DNA of 49,747 bases, taken from a virus (lineage: Duplodnaviria; Caudoviricetes). The stretch covers positions 1 to 49,747 of the IMG/VR virus record IMGVR_UViG_3300017963_000080; one strand, written 5' to 3'. The position numbers were made by a program, and so were the translations under genes. Under the pieces are notes generated by a model that had not been told where the DNA came from, did no database searches, and saw only the letters and a program-made list of their open reading frames with translations. This document shows, one piece after another, positions 38,292 through 47,856 of this stretch (the stretch's first letter is position 1; each line of letters starts with the position of its first letter).

Positions 38292-39457
38292 TGTATAATA
38301 TTACCAATACATACTTCACTTCCAAGCAAGCTGGAAAGGTGCCCATAGTCCTATGCCGAATAGAGACTCAACGGACAAGCTACCTATTCTTTGCGAGATA
38401 CCCGAATGATGACGAAACGGGAAGTCTGTCTGGAATTGACTTATGGGATGGTAGCGTGAACACAGGAGATGGTGGTACATTTGGAGGGTTGCCTGTCTCA
38501 ATAGTTGACGCAAGAGTCTTACAATTTGGCAGCATAAGCAAGGCACTTGTTGCCAATGCCAAAGACTTACCAGCATCACTGACGCAGTCACGTATAGGTA
38601 GCTACAGCGTGACGTTTGACAACCATGAATACTTTTTCTCAAAACTGCTAGGTGATGACCAAAATGAACCATTATTGGGACAAAAGCTAAAGATTCTACA
38701 AGGATTTAAAGGTGACGAGTATAGCGATTTTGTAATTCTATTCGATGGTGAGATTAGTCAGGTTTCTTTGACATCTTCAAGGTGCCGGGTTATTGCAGAG
38801 GACTTGGCTACAGTTTTTCCATCAGATCTTGAGGTGGAAACGAGTCCTACTACATACGCCGTGATACATGACGGAAGTTCTGAAATGGCAGAGACACAGT
38901 TTACTGCCGCCCAACTGTATACTGGCTTTCTCGTATCCGACACATGGCTTTTTACTAGCAATTTTATTAAGGATGACCTTGGTGACGCAGGCATATTTTT
39001 TGAAATCGAAAGTACGAACTATTATGGGGCAACCGTCCTACAAATTGGGATAGATAACAATAACTATCCGTTCGTTACAGTCGGGAGGAATGTTGAGACA
39101 AGCCCCACAACGTTGACCTATACAAGTACAACGGCATTAACCGCTAGTGACATCACGAGGCCACTTAATTTGAGGGTATACTTTGACGCAGCGGCAACTG
39201 AAGTTACATTTGCTGTTGCAGAGACATCAACGACAGTCTCAACAACGTTAGGCTATGACAGGGCCTTGACAAGTGACTGCTATATTAGACTAGGCAATGG
39301 TTTTGACGGTGACATCCAAAATTGGGTATGGAATACATCGGCACATTATTGGGTCAACAACCAAGGGGATAACACCTTGCTATATGTCCCTGAAGTCATA
39401 GGCGCTTTGGATAATACGCTTACTGGAGGAAGCTGGAACGCATGGCCCAAAATATAA
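38291..39457 (+). CDS. Tail tip protein (N-terminal hub-like part + lectin-like region)
   Basis: Position; LFDGEI...V.AED. Confidence 0.55.
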   Translation: MYNITNTYFTSKQAGKVPIVLCRIETQRTSYLFFARYPNDDETGSLSGIDLWDGSVNTGDGGTFGGLPVSIVDARVLQFGSISKALVANAKDLPASLTQSRIGSYSVTFDNHEYFFSKLLGDDQNEPLLGQKLKILQGFKGDEYSDFVILFDGEISQVSLTSSRCRVIAEDLATVFPSDLEVETSPTTYAVIHDGSSEMAETQFTAAQLYTGFLVSDTWLFTSNFIKDDLGDAGIFFEIESTNYYGATVLQIGIDNNNYPFVTVGRNVETSPTTLTYTSTTALTASDITRPLNLRVYFDAAATEVTFAVAETSTTVSTTLGYDRALTSDCYIRLGNGFDGDIQNWVWNTSAHYWVNNQGDNTLLYVPEVIGALDNTLTGGSWNAWPKI

Positions 39458-40269
39458 GACTACCATTCATCCGTCCTACGTGGGCAGACCGCTATGGTGT
39501 AGAGCTAACTAAGCCACAATGTGTCTACATAGGCTTGTCCCTGCTGTCGATTATTATTCCGGCATCAGTCTTGCATTACTGGCTTGTCGCACACTGTGCG
39601 GTAGGGTTTCTTGTCTTCTGCGAACATAAGCTATACTGCGATGTACACCTATTATGGGAAGGGCTTAAGAGATTAGAGGGTTCAACAATGACCCAAACAT
39701 TTAAGCAAGCAACCCTAACACCATACATTAAATTCCAAAACCCTCTTGTTTCATGGGTGCTTGCTAAAGCAGACTATGTGTGTGCGCAGTATATGTTTTT
39801 CGCGTGGAATAGCATGATATTATTGTCACTATTCTATGTATCAAGCGAAGGAATAATCCCATTACGCTTACTAGTTGCAACACCAGGGTTCATTTTTTAC
39901 AGACACCAACCAACACATGATAGCCTATACCTTAACCTACTTGTCTTCAGTGTAACACTAACTGTTTTCGGATGGTGGTTACCGTTTTGCATCGTATTTA
40001 TTGTGCTGTGGGCAAAGGTGTTTTCTTGCGGGGCGCCCAGGACATGGAAGCGCCAGGTCTCTGCCGCAAAAACATTCTTGATAAATTTTGACTATTCATA
40101 TCTATATGGGAAGTCGTATCAGTATAGACTTAAGCGGTTCGCATGGATAGCTTTGACATGGCTTCCTTTGTTGTTTTGTCCTTGGTTCTTGTTGGGTTTT
40201 CTCACGTTCTATGGGTGTCGTATCCGCCAAAAATATTACATGTACCTTGTACCGTTGGCATTCTTATGA
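39442..40269 (+). CDS. Multi-pass membrane protein within the tail module
   Basis: Several hydrophobic segments; overlaps both neighbours. Confidence 0.6.
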   Translation: MAQNIRLPFIRPTWADRYGVELTKPQCVYIGLSLLSIIIPASVLHYWLVAHCAVGFLVFCEHKLYCDVHLLWEGLKRLEGSTMTQTFKQATLTPYIKFQNPLVSWVLAKADYVCAQYMFFAWNSMILLSLFYVSSEGIIPLRLLVATPGFIFYRHQPTHDSLYLNLLVFSVTLTVFGWWLPFCIVFIVLWAKVFSCGAPRTWKRQVSAAKTFLINFDYSYLYGKSYQYRLKRFAWIALTWLPLLFCPWFLLGFLTFYGCRIRQKYYMYLVPLAFL

Positions 40270-41465
40270 GCACATTGACTCTAAATAGCACATATACCTT
40301 ACCGGTGTCAGGTAGGTATGCGAGACCGGAAAGAGATAATGATATACTCCCCATCGTATACGGTAACATGACGGGTGGTTGGGTAGCCCCTTGCATTGAT
40401 ACCCTCACATTCATCTACTGTGTTGCTTCGCATCCTGTCCAGTCTGCATCCGCCGGGAATAACGTGACAGTATCAGACGATAACGGCGTAAGAACGGATG
40501 CTACCTTTTCCGATAATAATGATTATGAGGGACAAGGGTCGATAGCGACAATACAGTTGTTGACACCATCGTCAGGGCCATTAGTGGTCTCCTGTAGTGG
40601 TAAGCTTGATAGTTCAGGCACATTAATAGAGAATCCGGTAGAGATCATAAATGATCTAATTGACACTACATCTGTTAGCGTTGACGCAACGACATATGCT
40701 AATGCCAAACGTACAGCGACAGAAGAGGGGTACGTCGCTGCTGGGGTAATTGTTGTTGAAAATTCTTTCGCATTCTGGATCACTCAAATTATGGGGAGTT
40801 TCCTTGGCGATTGGTGGCAAAATAATCAAGGGAAGCTTAAGCTAAGTTTTGGGACAGACTCAATAGGAGGATTACAGATGGCAGGGTTCCTTGTCGAGAG
40901 GCGAACAACGCAAGTTACAGGGACGTTGACTGCAAAAAATATTGTCAATCAAGCTATAATATACGCCCAATTGTCAAGTGAAAAGCAGGACAGAAGATAT
41001 AAAGAGGGGACTCTTAATAACTACCTGTACTATGACAATGGGGAAGCAAGTAAAGATCTGTCCTCCCAGAATAAGTACGGCATAAGAAAAAGAATATTTG
41101 AGCTTGATTGGGTGCAGAACTCAGGCGTGGCACAGGATATACAGGAACGTATTATTGATAGGTTTTCTGGACGCACATGGATAATAACATGGCAAGAATA
41201 TGACTACCTGAATATGCAGGTAGAGGAAGGGGACTATGTTACGTATTCCTGGGAAGAGAGGAGAGATGCCAACGGAGATCCCTTGGTAAATCAAATAGCC
41301 CAGGTGTTAAGCAAGGACATAGACCTTGACAATGAACGGATGACTTTCACCTTAAAAGATCTTGGGTCCCCTCTCTCTGGTTTTCCTGATATATGGGATG
41401 GTACGCAATATACAGGGGATGGAGGAACATTTGGTGGAGACCGCGAATTAAGGAAGCTATGGTAG
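40266..41465 (+). CDS. Tail tip/baseplate hub-like protein
   Basis: LPIVYG, IENPVEII, S..KYG, EEGDYV. Confidence 0.65.
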   Translation: MSTLTLNSTYTLPVSGRYARPERDNDILPIVYGNMTGGWVAPCIDTLTFIYCVASHPVQSASAGNNVTVSDDNGVRTDATFSDNNDYEGQGSIATIQLLTPSSGPLVVSCSGKLDSSGTLIENPVEIINDLIDTTSVSVDATTYANAKRTATEEGYVAAGVIVVENSFAFWITQIMGSFLGDWWQNNQGKLKLSFGTDSIGGLQMAGFLVERRTTQVTGTLTAKNIVNQAIIYAQLSSEKQDRRYKEGTLNNYLYYDNGEASKDLSSQNKYGIRKRIFELDWVQNSGVAQDIQERIIDRFSGRTWIITWQEYDYLNMQVEEGDYVTYSWEERRDANGDPLVNQIAQVLSKDIDLDNERMTFTLKDLGSPLSGFPDIWDGTQYTGDGGTFGGDRELRKLW

Positions 41466-41487
41466 GAGAAATAAGGAGGGATGAATA

Positions 41488-41955
41488 ATGGCCGTTGGGA
41501 ATCTAGGTGAACCACGTTACATCCAATATACCGAATTGAGGGACGGGGAAAATGAACCAAATGGGCGCCCTGATGTGTTTAACCGTCCAGCAAAGGATTG
41601 GTATACATCATACACTGTAGAGCATGACTATGCAACTGGAGCCCATGCGTCTACAGGATGCATGGTGATCGAAGAGGGAACGTATACCGGCAATGGAGTT
41701 GATAATCGAAACATATCACTGACGAATTCCAGCCTTGATATTATTTTCATCCTAATTTGGCGAGATGGCACCACAGCACCAGTATTACGCAGTACTGACA
41801 TGGCAGGTGATAATAGTAAGATCGCCCAGGTCAACGCTTTCCAGGCTAATATGATACAGTCTATTGCAACTACTGGACAATTTCAAGTTGGGACAGACAA
41901 TGCTGTCAATCAGAATACCATTGATTACTACTATATAGTAGGGGGGACAGAGTAA
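41488..41955 (+). CDS. Tail fibre-associated protein
   Basis: GTYTGNG...FQVG...VN...Y.Y module shared with the next gene. Confidence 0.6.
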   Translation: MAVGNLGEPRYIQYTELRDGENEPNGRPDVFNRPAKDWYTSYTVEHDYATGAHASTGCMVIEEGTYTGNGVDNRNISLTNSSLDIIFILIWRDGTTAPVLRSTDMAGDNSKIAQVNAFQANMIQSIATTGQFQVGTDNAVNQNTIDYYYIVGGTE

Positions 41956-43559
41956 TGGCGAGAACATTAATAGCTGCTACTGACTACATTGTAGCAGAGG
42001 GACACCCAAACCTAGTTGACATTAAAAACCGGTATATCAAGGAATTGTGGGCAAGTTTTGTTTTAGGACATGACCCAATAACAGGAAGGCACATAGGAGA
42101 TCTAGCAAGACTTGGGATTGTTGATACAGGGACATATACCGGGAATGGAACGACACAAACTATACCGTTGCCTAGCATAACAGATCGACCCGATCTTGTT
42201 ATGGTATGGTCAGAAGATTATCCGTCATACTATATTAAGACATTGACGACTGTCAATACAATAGTTTCAACATATTACCTGTGTTCTCTATCAGATGCAA
42301 TCACGGCGCTAGAGAACACAAGCTTTACCGTTGGGGCCGATGCTGAAGTCAACGCGGCTGGAACCACATTCTATTACTTTGCGGTATCCAATGGGCCTAC
42401 GCCTGACACTGGTGACGCGTCAAGCGCCCCAGCATGGATTGGCCATAATGTAGCTATGCAAGGGGGTAATTCTGCCACCATGGCAAATAGTGTGGAAAAC
42501 GCGCTAGACACATCATTCCAAATGGAACATGAAGAGGTGGGGTTACATAAGACAGCAGCTTTTAGCGGGATTTCTGTCGTTGATTCAGATTTTTTCTTTC
42601 CATTAGGAATCTCAAGACAAGTTGTCCCCCTCAATATTCAAGACCTTGAGATAGCATTCATTATGATCCACGAAGATAGCGCCTTCACAGACGATGTCTT
42701 CTCCGACCATTTTTTCTCACCTTATATCAAAACACTAACTATGCAGAACAATAGTATCCCTATTAAAGTATTTTTCTCAGTGGCACTCCCAATTTCAGAA
42801 GGAGTTGTCGAGCTAGGGACAGGGGAGTTCGCGATTGACGGGACAACTGATATTGGTGTTCAAGAAACTATTTTTGATATACAGGATGGGACGGTCGGGA
42901 CATCGATAGTAACAGATTCTACCATCTATAATAACTTCGTTAAAGTTGCGGGAACTACTAGTTGGGTTAACTCCACTCCACCTGCTATCCCAGAGGGCAC
43001 AGCATACTTGCAATTCACTGGCGCCGGGTCTGTCGTTCAACTTGGGGAGTATTGGTCTAACTTCGCCCCATTCAATGGGGCATGGTGTGGTACTCGCGGA
43101 AGCGACTTTGAGATCTCTTTTTATCTTCGAGGTGGAACTAGCGCAAGTATGGAAAAATTTGTGCTAATTACAGATGTAAAAAGTTCGCGACCCTGGTTTC
43201 AAGTAGGACATGCAAACGGACTCACGTCAGGGTCAAGTCCGATCAAGCTCTCCGCTTATAATGGGGATGGTATCCCCTATAGCATAACAGGTACAACTGA
43301 TATTAAGGACAATACCTGGCATACAATAGTTATATCGTATACCAACGAAGTTTTCTCCGTTTCTGTAGATGGAAGCATCGATGGAACACCTGTAAGCGTC
43401 CCTGGAATGGCAATTGAAGGAGACAGACCGTTTCTTTTTGGGCATCAAGGGGCCGATGGAAACAATCTTTATATGGATAGGATAAAAATTAAACGGACAC
43501 CAAAGATTTTTAACATTGGTTCCAGGTACCATTATTTTGTTATTGGCAGCAGGCCGTAG
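41955..43559 (+). CDS. Tail fibre/receptor-binding protein with C-terminal LamG-like domain
   Basis: GTYTGNG module; DNTWHTIVISY...VDG LamG pattern. Confidence 0.7.
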   Translation: MARTLIAATDYIVAEGHPNLVDIKNRYIKELWASFVLGHDPITGRHIGDLARLGIVDTGTYTGNGTTQTIPLPSITDRPDLVMVWSEDYPSYYIKTLTTVNTIVSTYYLCSLSDAITALENTSFTVGADAEVNAAGTTFYYFAVSNGPTPDTGDASSAPAWIGHNVAMQGGNSATMANSVENALDTSFQMEHEEVGLHKTAAFSGISVVDSDFFFPLGISRQVVPLNIQDLEIAFIMIHEDSAFTDDVFSDHFFSPYIKTLTMQNNSIPIKVFFSVALPISEGVVELGTGEFAIDGTTDIGVQETIFDIQDGTVGTSIVTDSTIYNNFVKVAGTTSWVNSTPPAIPEGTAYLQFTGAGSVVQLGEYWSNFAPFNGAWCGTRGSDFEISFYLRGGTSASMEKFVLITDVKSSRPWFQVGHANGLTSGSSPIKLSAYNGDGIPYSITGTTDIKDNTWHTIVISYTNEVFSVSVDGSIDGTPVSVPGMAIEGDRPFLFGHQGADGNNLYMDRIKIKRTPKIFNIGSRYHYFVIGSRP

Positions 43560-43593
43560 ATGGCATTAACGAGGCAAAAAGGAGAGTAAGACT

Positions 43594-44067
43594 ATGAACA
43601 CAGAGAAAGAAATTCGGAACATTGACTATCTTACAAAAAAACTTAATAAGAGAGATCCAGGACGAAATATTCCTTGGATACATTATGACAGAGAAACGTT
43701 AAGGATCCTAAGACTGATACTCGAAGAGATGGAGGATAACAATATGAGCAATAGGGAACACGAAGAAAAACAAGTAGGTAGAGACGTAAGTGCAAGAGAA
43801 CTCCACGTCAAAGATTGGATAGGCATAATTGTGGAAACGCTTGACGAATCATACCAAGACATTATTGAAATGCCATCTAGACGCCCCGTATTGCATTTTA
43901 TTTTACAGCTAGCATGGGATGTCTTTGCTAAGGGGATTCAGGCCGGGGTTTTAAATCCGCTTGATATGCTTAAAGCTGACGGTTCGAGGGGGTTGAGAAG
44001 GATGACTGCAACCGAACAGATCCTTGAGAAAGTAAATAAAAGGAAGGAAGAGCATGAAACAGAGTGA
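43594..44067 (+). CDS. Hypothetical protein
   Basis: RBS aggag; may contain an internal start at 43744. Confidence 0.55.
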   Translation: MNTEKEIRNIDYLTKKLNKRDPGRNIPWIHYDRETLRILRLILEEMEDNNMSNREHEEKQVGRDVSARELHVKDWIGIIVETLDESYQDIIEMPSRRPVLHFILQLAWDVFAKGIQAGVLNPLDMLKADGSRGLRRMTATEQILEKVNKRKEEHETE

Positions 44068-44461
44068 CCAGGATAACGGAAAACAGGGAGTGTTCTCACT
44101 TTTCAAGCTTCTACTTGACGGGCCGTACGCACTACTTGCCCTCTTTGGCTGCCTAGTTTATCTGTTTTTACAACTGACCCCGGTACAATTAGATCGCCTA
44201 AAAGAATTGATTCCAATATTTAATTCATCGCCGGGGATTGCTATGGCAATTATCCTCGTTGTTTCATACCTCGGTTCAATTTTTGTCAGGCCACTTAAAG
44301 AACTGACTCATGCTATTTTGCAGCTAAAAGATGAATTCAAGAATTCACTGGTTGAACTTAGGGGGCAAATAAGTGGCATGGTAGATACCATTGAGGAACA
44401 GCACATTGAGATTATACAGCAGCTAAAGGACATTAAGAAATTCTATACAGGCGGTGACTGA
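44054..44461 (+). CDS. Holin-like membrane protein
   Basis: Two TM helices + coiled coil at the end of the late region. Confidence 0.45.
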   Translation: MKQSDQDNGKQGVFSLFKLLLDGPYALLALFGCLVYLFLQLTPVQLDRLKELIPIFNSSPGIAMAIILVVSYLGSIFVRPLKELTHAILQLKDEFKNSLVELRGQISGMVDTIEEQHIEIIQQLKDIKKFYTGGD

Positions 44462-44822
44462 CGTGCTATTGAGGCGGGATGAAATTATAAGATACTACAT
44501 TGTCAATAAAACAGAATTAGATCATCTTAATTTCGTGCGGTGTAGGAGTAGAGTCTTACATCCAAGACCGTCTCACTGGAAAGTCTTTCTTTCGGGGTTG
44601 TTGCGTCTTGACGAAGACCTTGCTTTTATCCGCTTACCAGACTCATTAGCCAAGAAATTTCTTGGCTATAAAGTGGCTGTTGCCAGAATAGGTGAGGATG
44701 TCATTAGGGTTAACGGTTGGCAGGCGAGGATAGAACCCTGGACATTTATGACGATGTGTAAGTTTTGTTGCGAAGGTCTTCAATACGGGACATTTTGGAG
44801 GTTATGGAAATGGAAATGGTGA
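44454..44822 (+). CDS. Hypothetical protein
   Basis: Overlaps the previous gene. Confidence 0.5.
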   Translation: MTDVLLRRDEIIRYYIVNKTELDHLNFVRCRSRVLHPRPSHWKVFLSGLLRLDEDLAFIRLPDSLAKKFLGYKVAVARIGEDVIRVNGWQARIEPWTFMTMCKFCCEGLQYGTFWRLWKWKW

Positions 44823-45086
44823 AGAATGTTTGAGTTATTAATGTTTTTTACTTGACAAGAATACTGTTTAGTACTAATTTGTTTAATAATCCGGCTTTTT
44901 AAGCATGTGACGCAAGGGAATTTTTAAAAAGTACTTTTTTTTGATGCAAAGTACTTGACGTAAGTTCCTTCACGAATCATATTTAGAAAGCCCTCCTGTG
45001 CTACCTAATTAAAGTAAAAAGAGGCGCGCAATGTTGTTGTACGCAACATTGCAAATAATAAAAATTACTTTTTGCCCCCTGGACCC

Positions 45087-45115
45087 CCCCCTGGAATAAC
45101 CAGGGGTTTTTTTTT
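45087..45115 (+). terminator. Rho-independent terminator
   Basis: cccctgg-aataa-ccagggg followed by T9. Confidence 0.8.
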
Positions 45116-45243
45116 GTCTCAAATAACTAATACACAGAACCTTTCACTCTGCCAGCCTACGCCTACAAACATGGGGATGTTCGGAAACTCAAATATTTCA
45201 TTTGAAATATTTTTCATAAAAATACACTTTTTTTGCCGATAGC

Positions 45244-45274
45244 ACTTGACAAATGTCAAGTCAAGACTTATGGT
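45244..45274 (+). promoter_or_regulatory. Sigma70-like promoter copy 3 with the same palindrome
   Basis: acttgacaaatgtcaagt 45244-45261; TTGACA-17-TATGGT; downstream gtatatgtga conserved. Confidence 0.8.
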
Positions 45275-45585
45275 ATATGTGACACTAACGAGTGAAACAA
45301 AAAAAAGAGGGTATTATCAACCACGCCGCGTTGAAACGGGCACGGAGAAAATTGTATGGCGTGAGTGATTGTTTGTTCTTGCGGCGACATCCTGGGACAA
45401 CAGGACTATATCATTGACCTGTGCTGTGACTATAATGGTGAGTATGCAAAGGTTTCAGAGAAGTAAGGCTTGGGCGCTACAATTAGCGCCCATACGAAAC
45501 TGAGGAAAATACGAAAAAACTAAAAAAGGTTAATGTAAATGTTATTATAGATACGCAATTCTTAAAATAATGTTTGCATTAAAAA

Positions 45586-46257
45586 ATGTCAATGGAAAAA
45601 TTAATAGAAAATGTTTTTGACCGCAAAGAGTTACATGCTAAAATTAACGAGCTAAAGAAAAGCATCGAAATTTTACATAACTGCATTAAACCGTCAGATG
45701 GAATTGAGGTTGAGGCCCATGAGGCAAGGGAAGGACTAAGACAGATCATAGGTCTTCTTAAGGTAGCTAACGAGGAGATGCACCGGAAGCGAGTCGCAGG
45801 TAAAAAAGAGGTTGACGCAATCTTCCGGAAAGGGCTGGACTTAGAAGGATTCTCAGAAGGGAGAACGCGCGTTATGGATATTCAGACAAGGAATTTCCAG
45901 GATGCGTATGACATCCGCGAATTCCGCGAAGTGATTTCAGATATTGAGGCCTTCATGAAGCCTAGTTACACCGCCAACACATCGTTTGATGTCCCCTTTT
46001 GGACAGAACAAGATGCCTTTTGGAGGATCAAGGATTTTTGCGTAGAAAACCTCAACGCTCTTATAGATGTATGCACTCAGGTATTTAGGTCTGACAACAT
46101 TGAAGGCATTCAGAAAGAGATCTCTTCGTCTCGGAAAGAGAAACTTGTCTCGTTGTTAGATTGTATTATGGATGACGAGACCTTCATTAGCGCAATACAG
46201 TCAATATCTGCGCGAGGTCTTAGGACAGCAATGGTAGACGCCATTGCTAACGTATAA
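45586..46257 (+). CDS. Hypothetical protein
   Basis: 223-aa ORF in the early/replication operon. Confidence 0.6.
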   Translation: MSMEKLIENVFDRKELHAKINELKKSIEILHNCIKPSDGIEVEAHEAREGLRQIIGLLKVANEEMHRKRVAGKKEVDAIFRKGLDLEGFSEGRTRVMDIQTRNFQDAYDIREFREVISDIEAFMKPSYTANTSFDVPFWTEQDAFWRIKDFCVENLNALIDVCTQVFRSDNIEGIQKEISSSRKEKLVSLLDCIMDDETFISAIQSISARGLRTAMVDAIANV

Positions 46258-46314
46258 CCAATCATGTAAGGGCACAGTTAAGTGTGAAATTCACACTTAA
46301 CTGTGCAACGAAAT

Positions 46315-46635
46315 ATGGCAGAAGAAAACAAAACAGACGTGGGGAATGAAAAAATGTTGGAATTGTTAATGGCGAAGTTAGGACAACTCCAAGGTGGTTC
46401 GCTGTTGAGTGGTCTTAACGGCGTCCAGTATGACGTCAAACTAAAAGAAATCTCTCTTTATGGAGAACTCAAAGACGGAGACCGGTCAGTATCGATCAAC
46501 TGCACTTTTGACGGTACTGGAATCAAACCAGACCAAATTGAGGGGTTTGTCATAGAGGTAATTAGACAGGGCTTTCCCGTCAAGGTCAAGACGAACTATT
46601 ACAATAACAAAAATTCCAACAAGTTTTCAAGGTAA
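46315..46635 (+). CDS. Hypothetical protein
   Basis: ORF bounded by two long palindromes. Confidence 0.55.
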   Translation: MAEENKTDVGNEKMLELLMAKLGQLQGGSLLSGLNGVQYDVKLKEISLYGELKDGDRSVSINCTFDGTGIKPDQIEGFVIEVIRQGFPVKVKTNYYNNKNSNKFSR

Positions 46636-46680
46636 ATGGAGTCGCTATAGCGTCACGCTGTAATGTGACGCTATAGCGGA

Positions 46681-47469
46681 ATGCCTATGGTGATTAGCAT
46701 TGACATAGAGACGGGGTTTGCGCCTCATAATACAATCCAAAATGAGGTAACGAAAAAGTTAATGGATCTCAAGCCGCCTTCCAAAAAGCCTTACAATTCG
46801 CGTTTAAAAGATCCTCTAAAAATAGAGGAAGACCGCGAAAAAAAGGATGCTGAGTATAATGCTGCATTACTTAATTATAGCAATGCGGAGGAGTACTTGT
46901 ATGCAGAATGCAAGTCAAAATCCGCGCTATGGAACTCAGCAAAAATTCTGTGCATCGGCTGTTGTTTTGATAGCCTAATGGTCAATTTCTCCATATGTCC
47001 GCTTAATGGCGATGAGAGGATAGGCCTGATGAAGAGTGGAATTATACCACTAACTTATAGTTCCGAGAAGGAAATGCTTATTGGATTCCAGCAGACGGTT
47101 GATGCTATCGGAACCGATGATAATGTAATTGTGGGCTTCAACTCATGGAACTTTGATTTTCCTAAATTACGTCTGGCAGCCAGACGTAATGGCGTCAACG
47201 AGCCATTACTTTTGACAAGATCATATAAGTATAATCAGGTTGATGTCATGCGGCTTTTCGTGTCCCGCTATAACTGCGAATCGAAACATGCTTGCATGAT
47301 TTCACTGGCAAAGGTATGTGCAGAACTTGATATCCCTTTTGCCAAAAATGAGGCCTTTTCAGGGAAAGATGTTCCTGAAGCATTTGAAAACAGCGAATAC
47401 TTAAAGATAATAAAATATAATATGCCTGATGCAGCGGCCACGCTGCTTGCATACCATATATTAAGGTAA
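46681..47469 (+). CDS. DEDD 3'-5' exonuclease (PolB-exo-like)
   Basis: SIDIET, GFNSWNFDFP, D.M, YNMPD. Confidence 0.82.
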   Translation: MPMVISIDIETGFAPHNTIQNEVTKKLMDLKPPSKKPYNSRLKDPLKIEEDREKKDAEYNAALLNYSNAEEYLYAECKSKSALWNSAKILCIGCCFDSLMVNFSICPLNGDERIGLMKSGIIPLTYSSEKEMLIGFQQTVDAIGTDDNVIVGFNSWNFDFPKLRLAARRNGVNEPLLLTRSYKYNQVDVMRLFVSRYNCESKHACMISLAKVCAELDIPFAKNEAFSGKDVPEAFENSEYLKIIKYNMPDAAATLLAYHILR

Positions 47470-47486
47470 CGGAGGATGGAATATAA

Positions 47487-47735
47487 ATGGATGAAATAAA
47501 GCTGTACAGAGAATTGCTGGGGATGACTCAGCAAGAACTGGCATCAATACTCGGAGTAAAGAGAAGTACCGTTGCCATGTATGAGGCTGGCAACCCACTT
47601 TCTGACAGGAGTAAAATCCTCCTGGGGGAATTCATGTCAGAAAACTCTGATGACCTATTAAAGGCCATCAGAGAAATAAAGAGGACACTAAAAAGAATTG
47701 AACGCCAATTGAAAGCCATGGTGAAAATTAATTGA
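47487..47735 (+). CDS. XRE-family HTH regulator
   Basis: YRELLGMTQQELASILGVKRSTVAMYEAG. Confidence 0.9.
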   Translation: MDEIKLYRELLGMTQQELASILGVKRSTVAMYEAGNPLSDRSKILLGEFMSENSDDLLKAIREIKRTLKRIERQLKAMVKIN

Positions 47736-47856
47736 CAACCAAAATGTGAATGAGGTAATATGTTTGAACAAAAATACCAACCCACTATTTTTTTACGTTA
47801 GTGGGTTGGTTAACACTGCTTGCATGAAGGAGAAAACATGAGCTTAAACAAAAGCC

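Noticed and set aside
44823-45585. CRISPR array or tRNA in the largest intergenic region
   Set aside because: No regularly spaced repeats or cloverleaf visible by eye.
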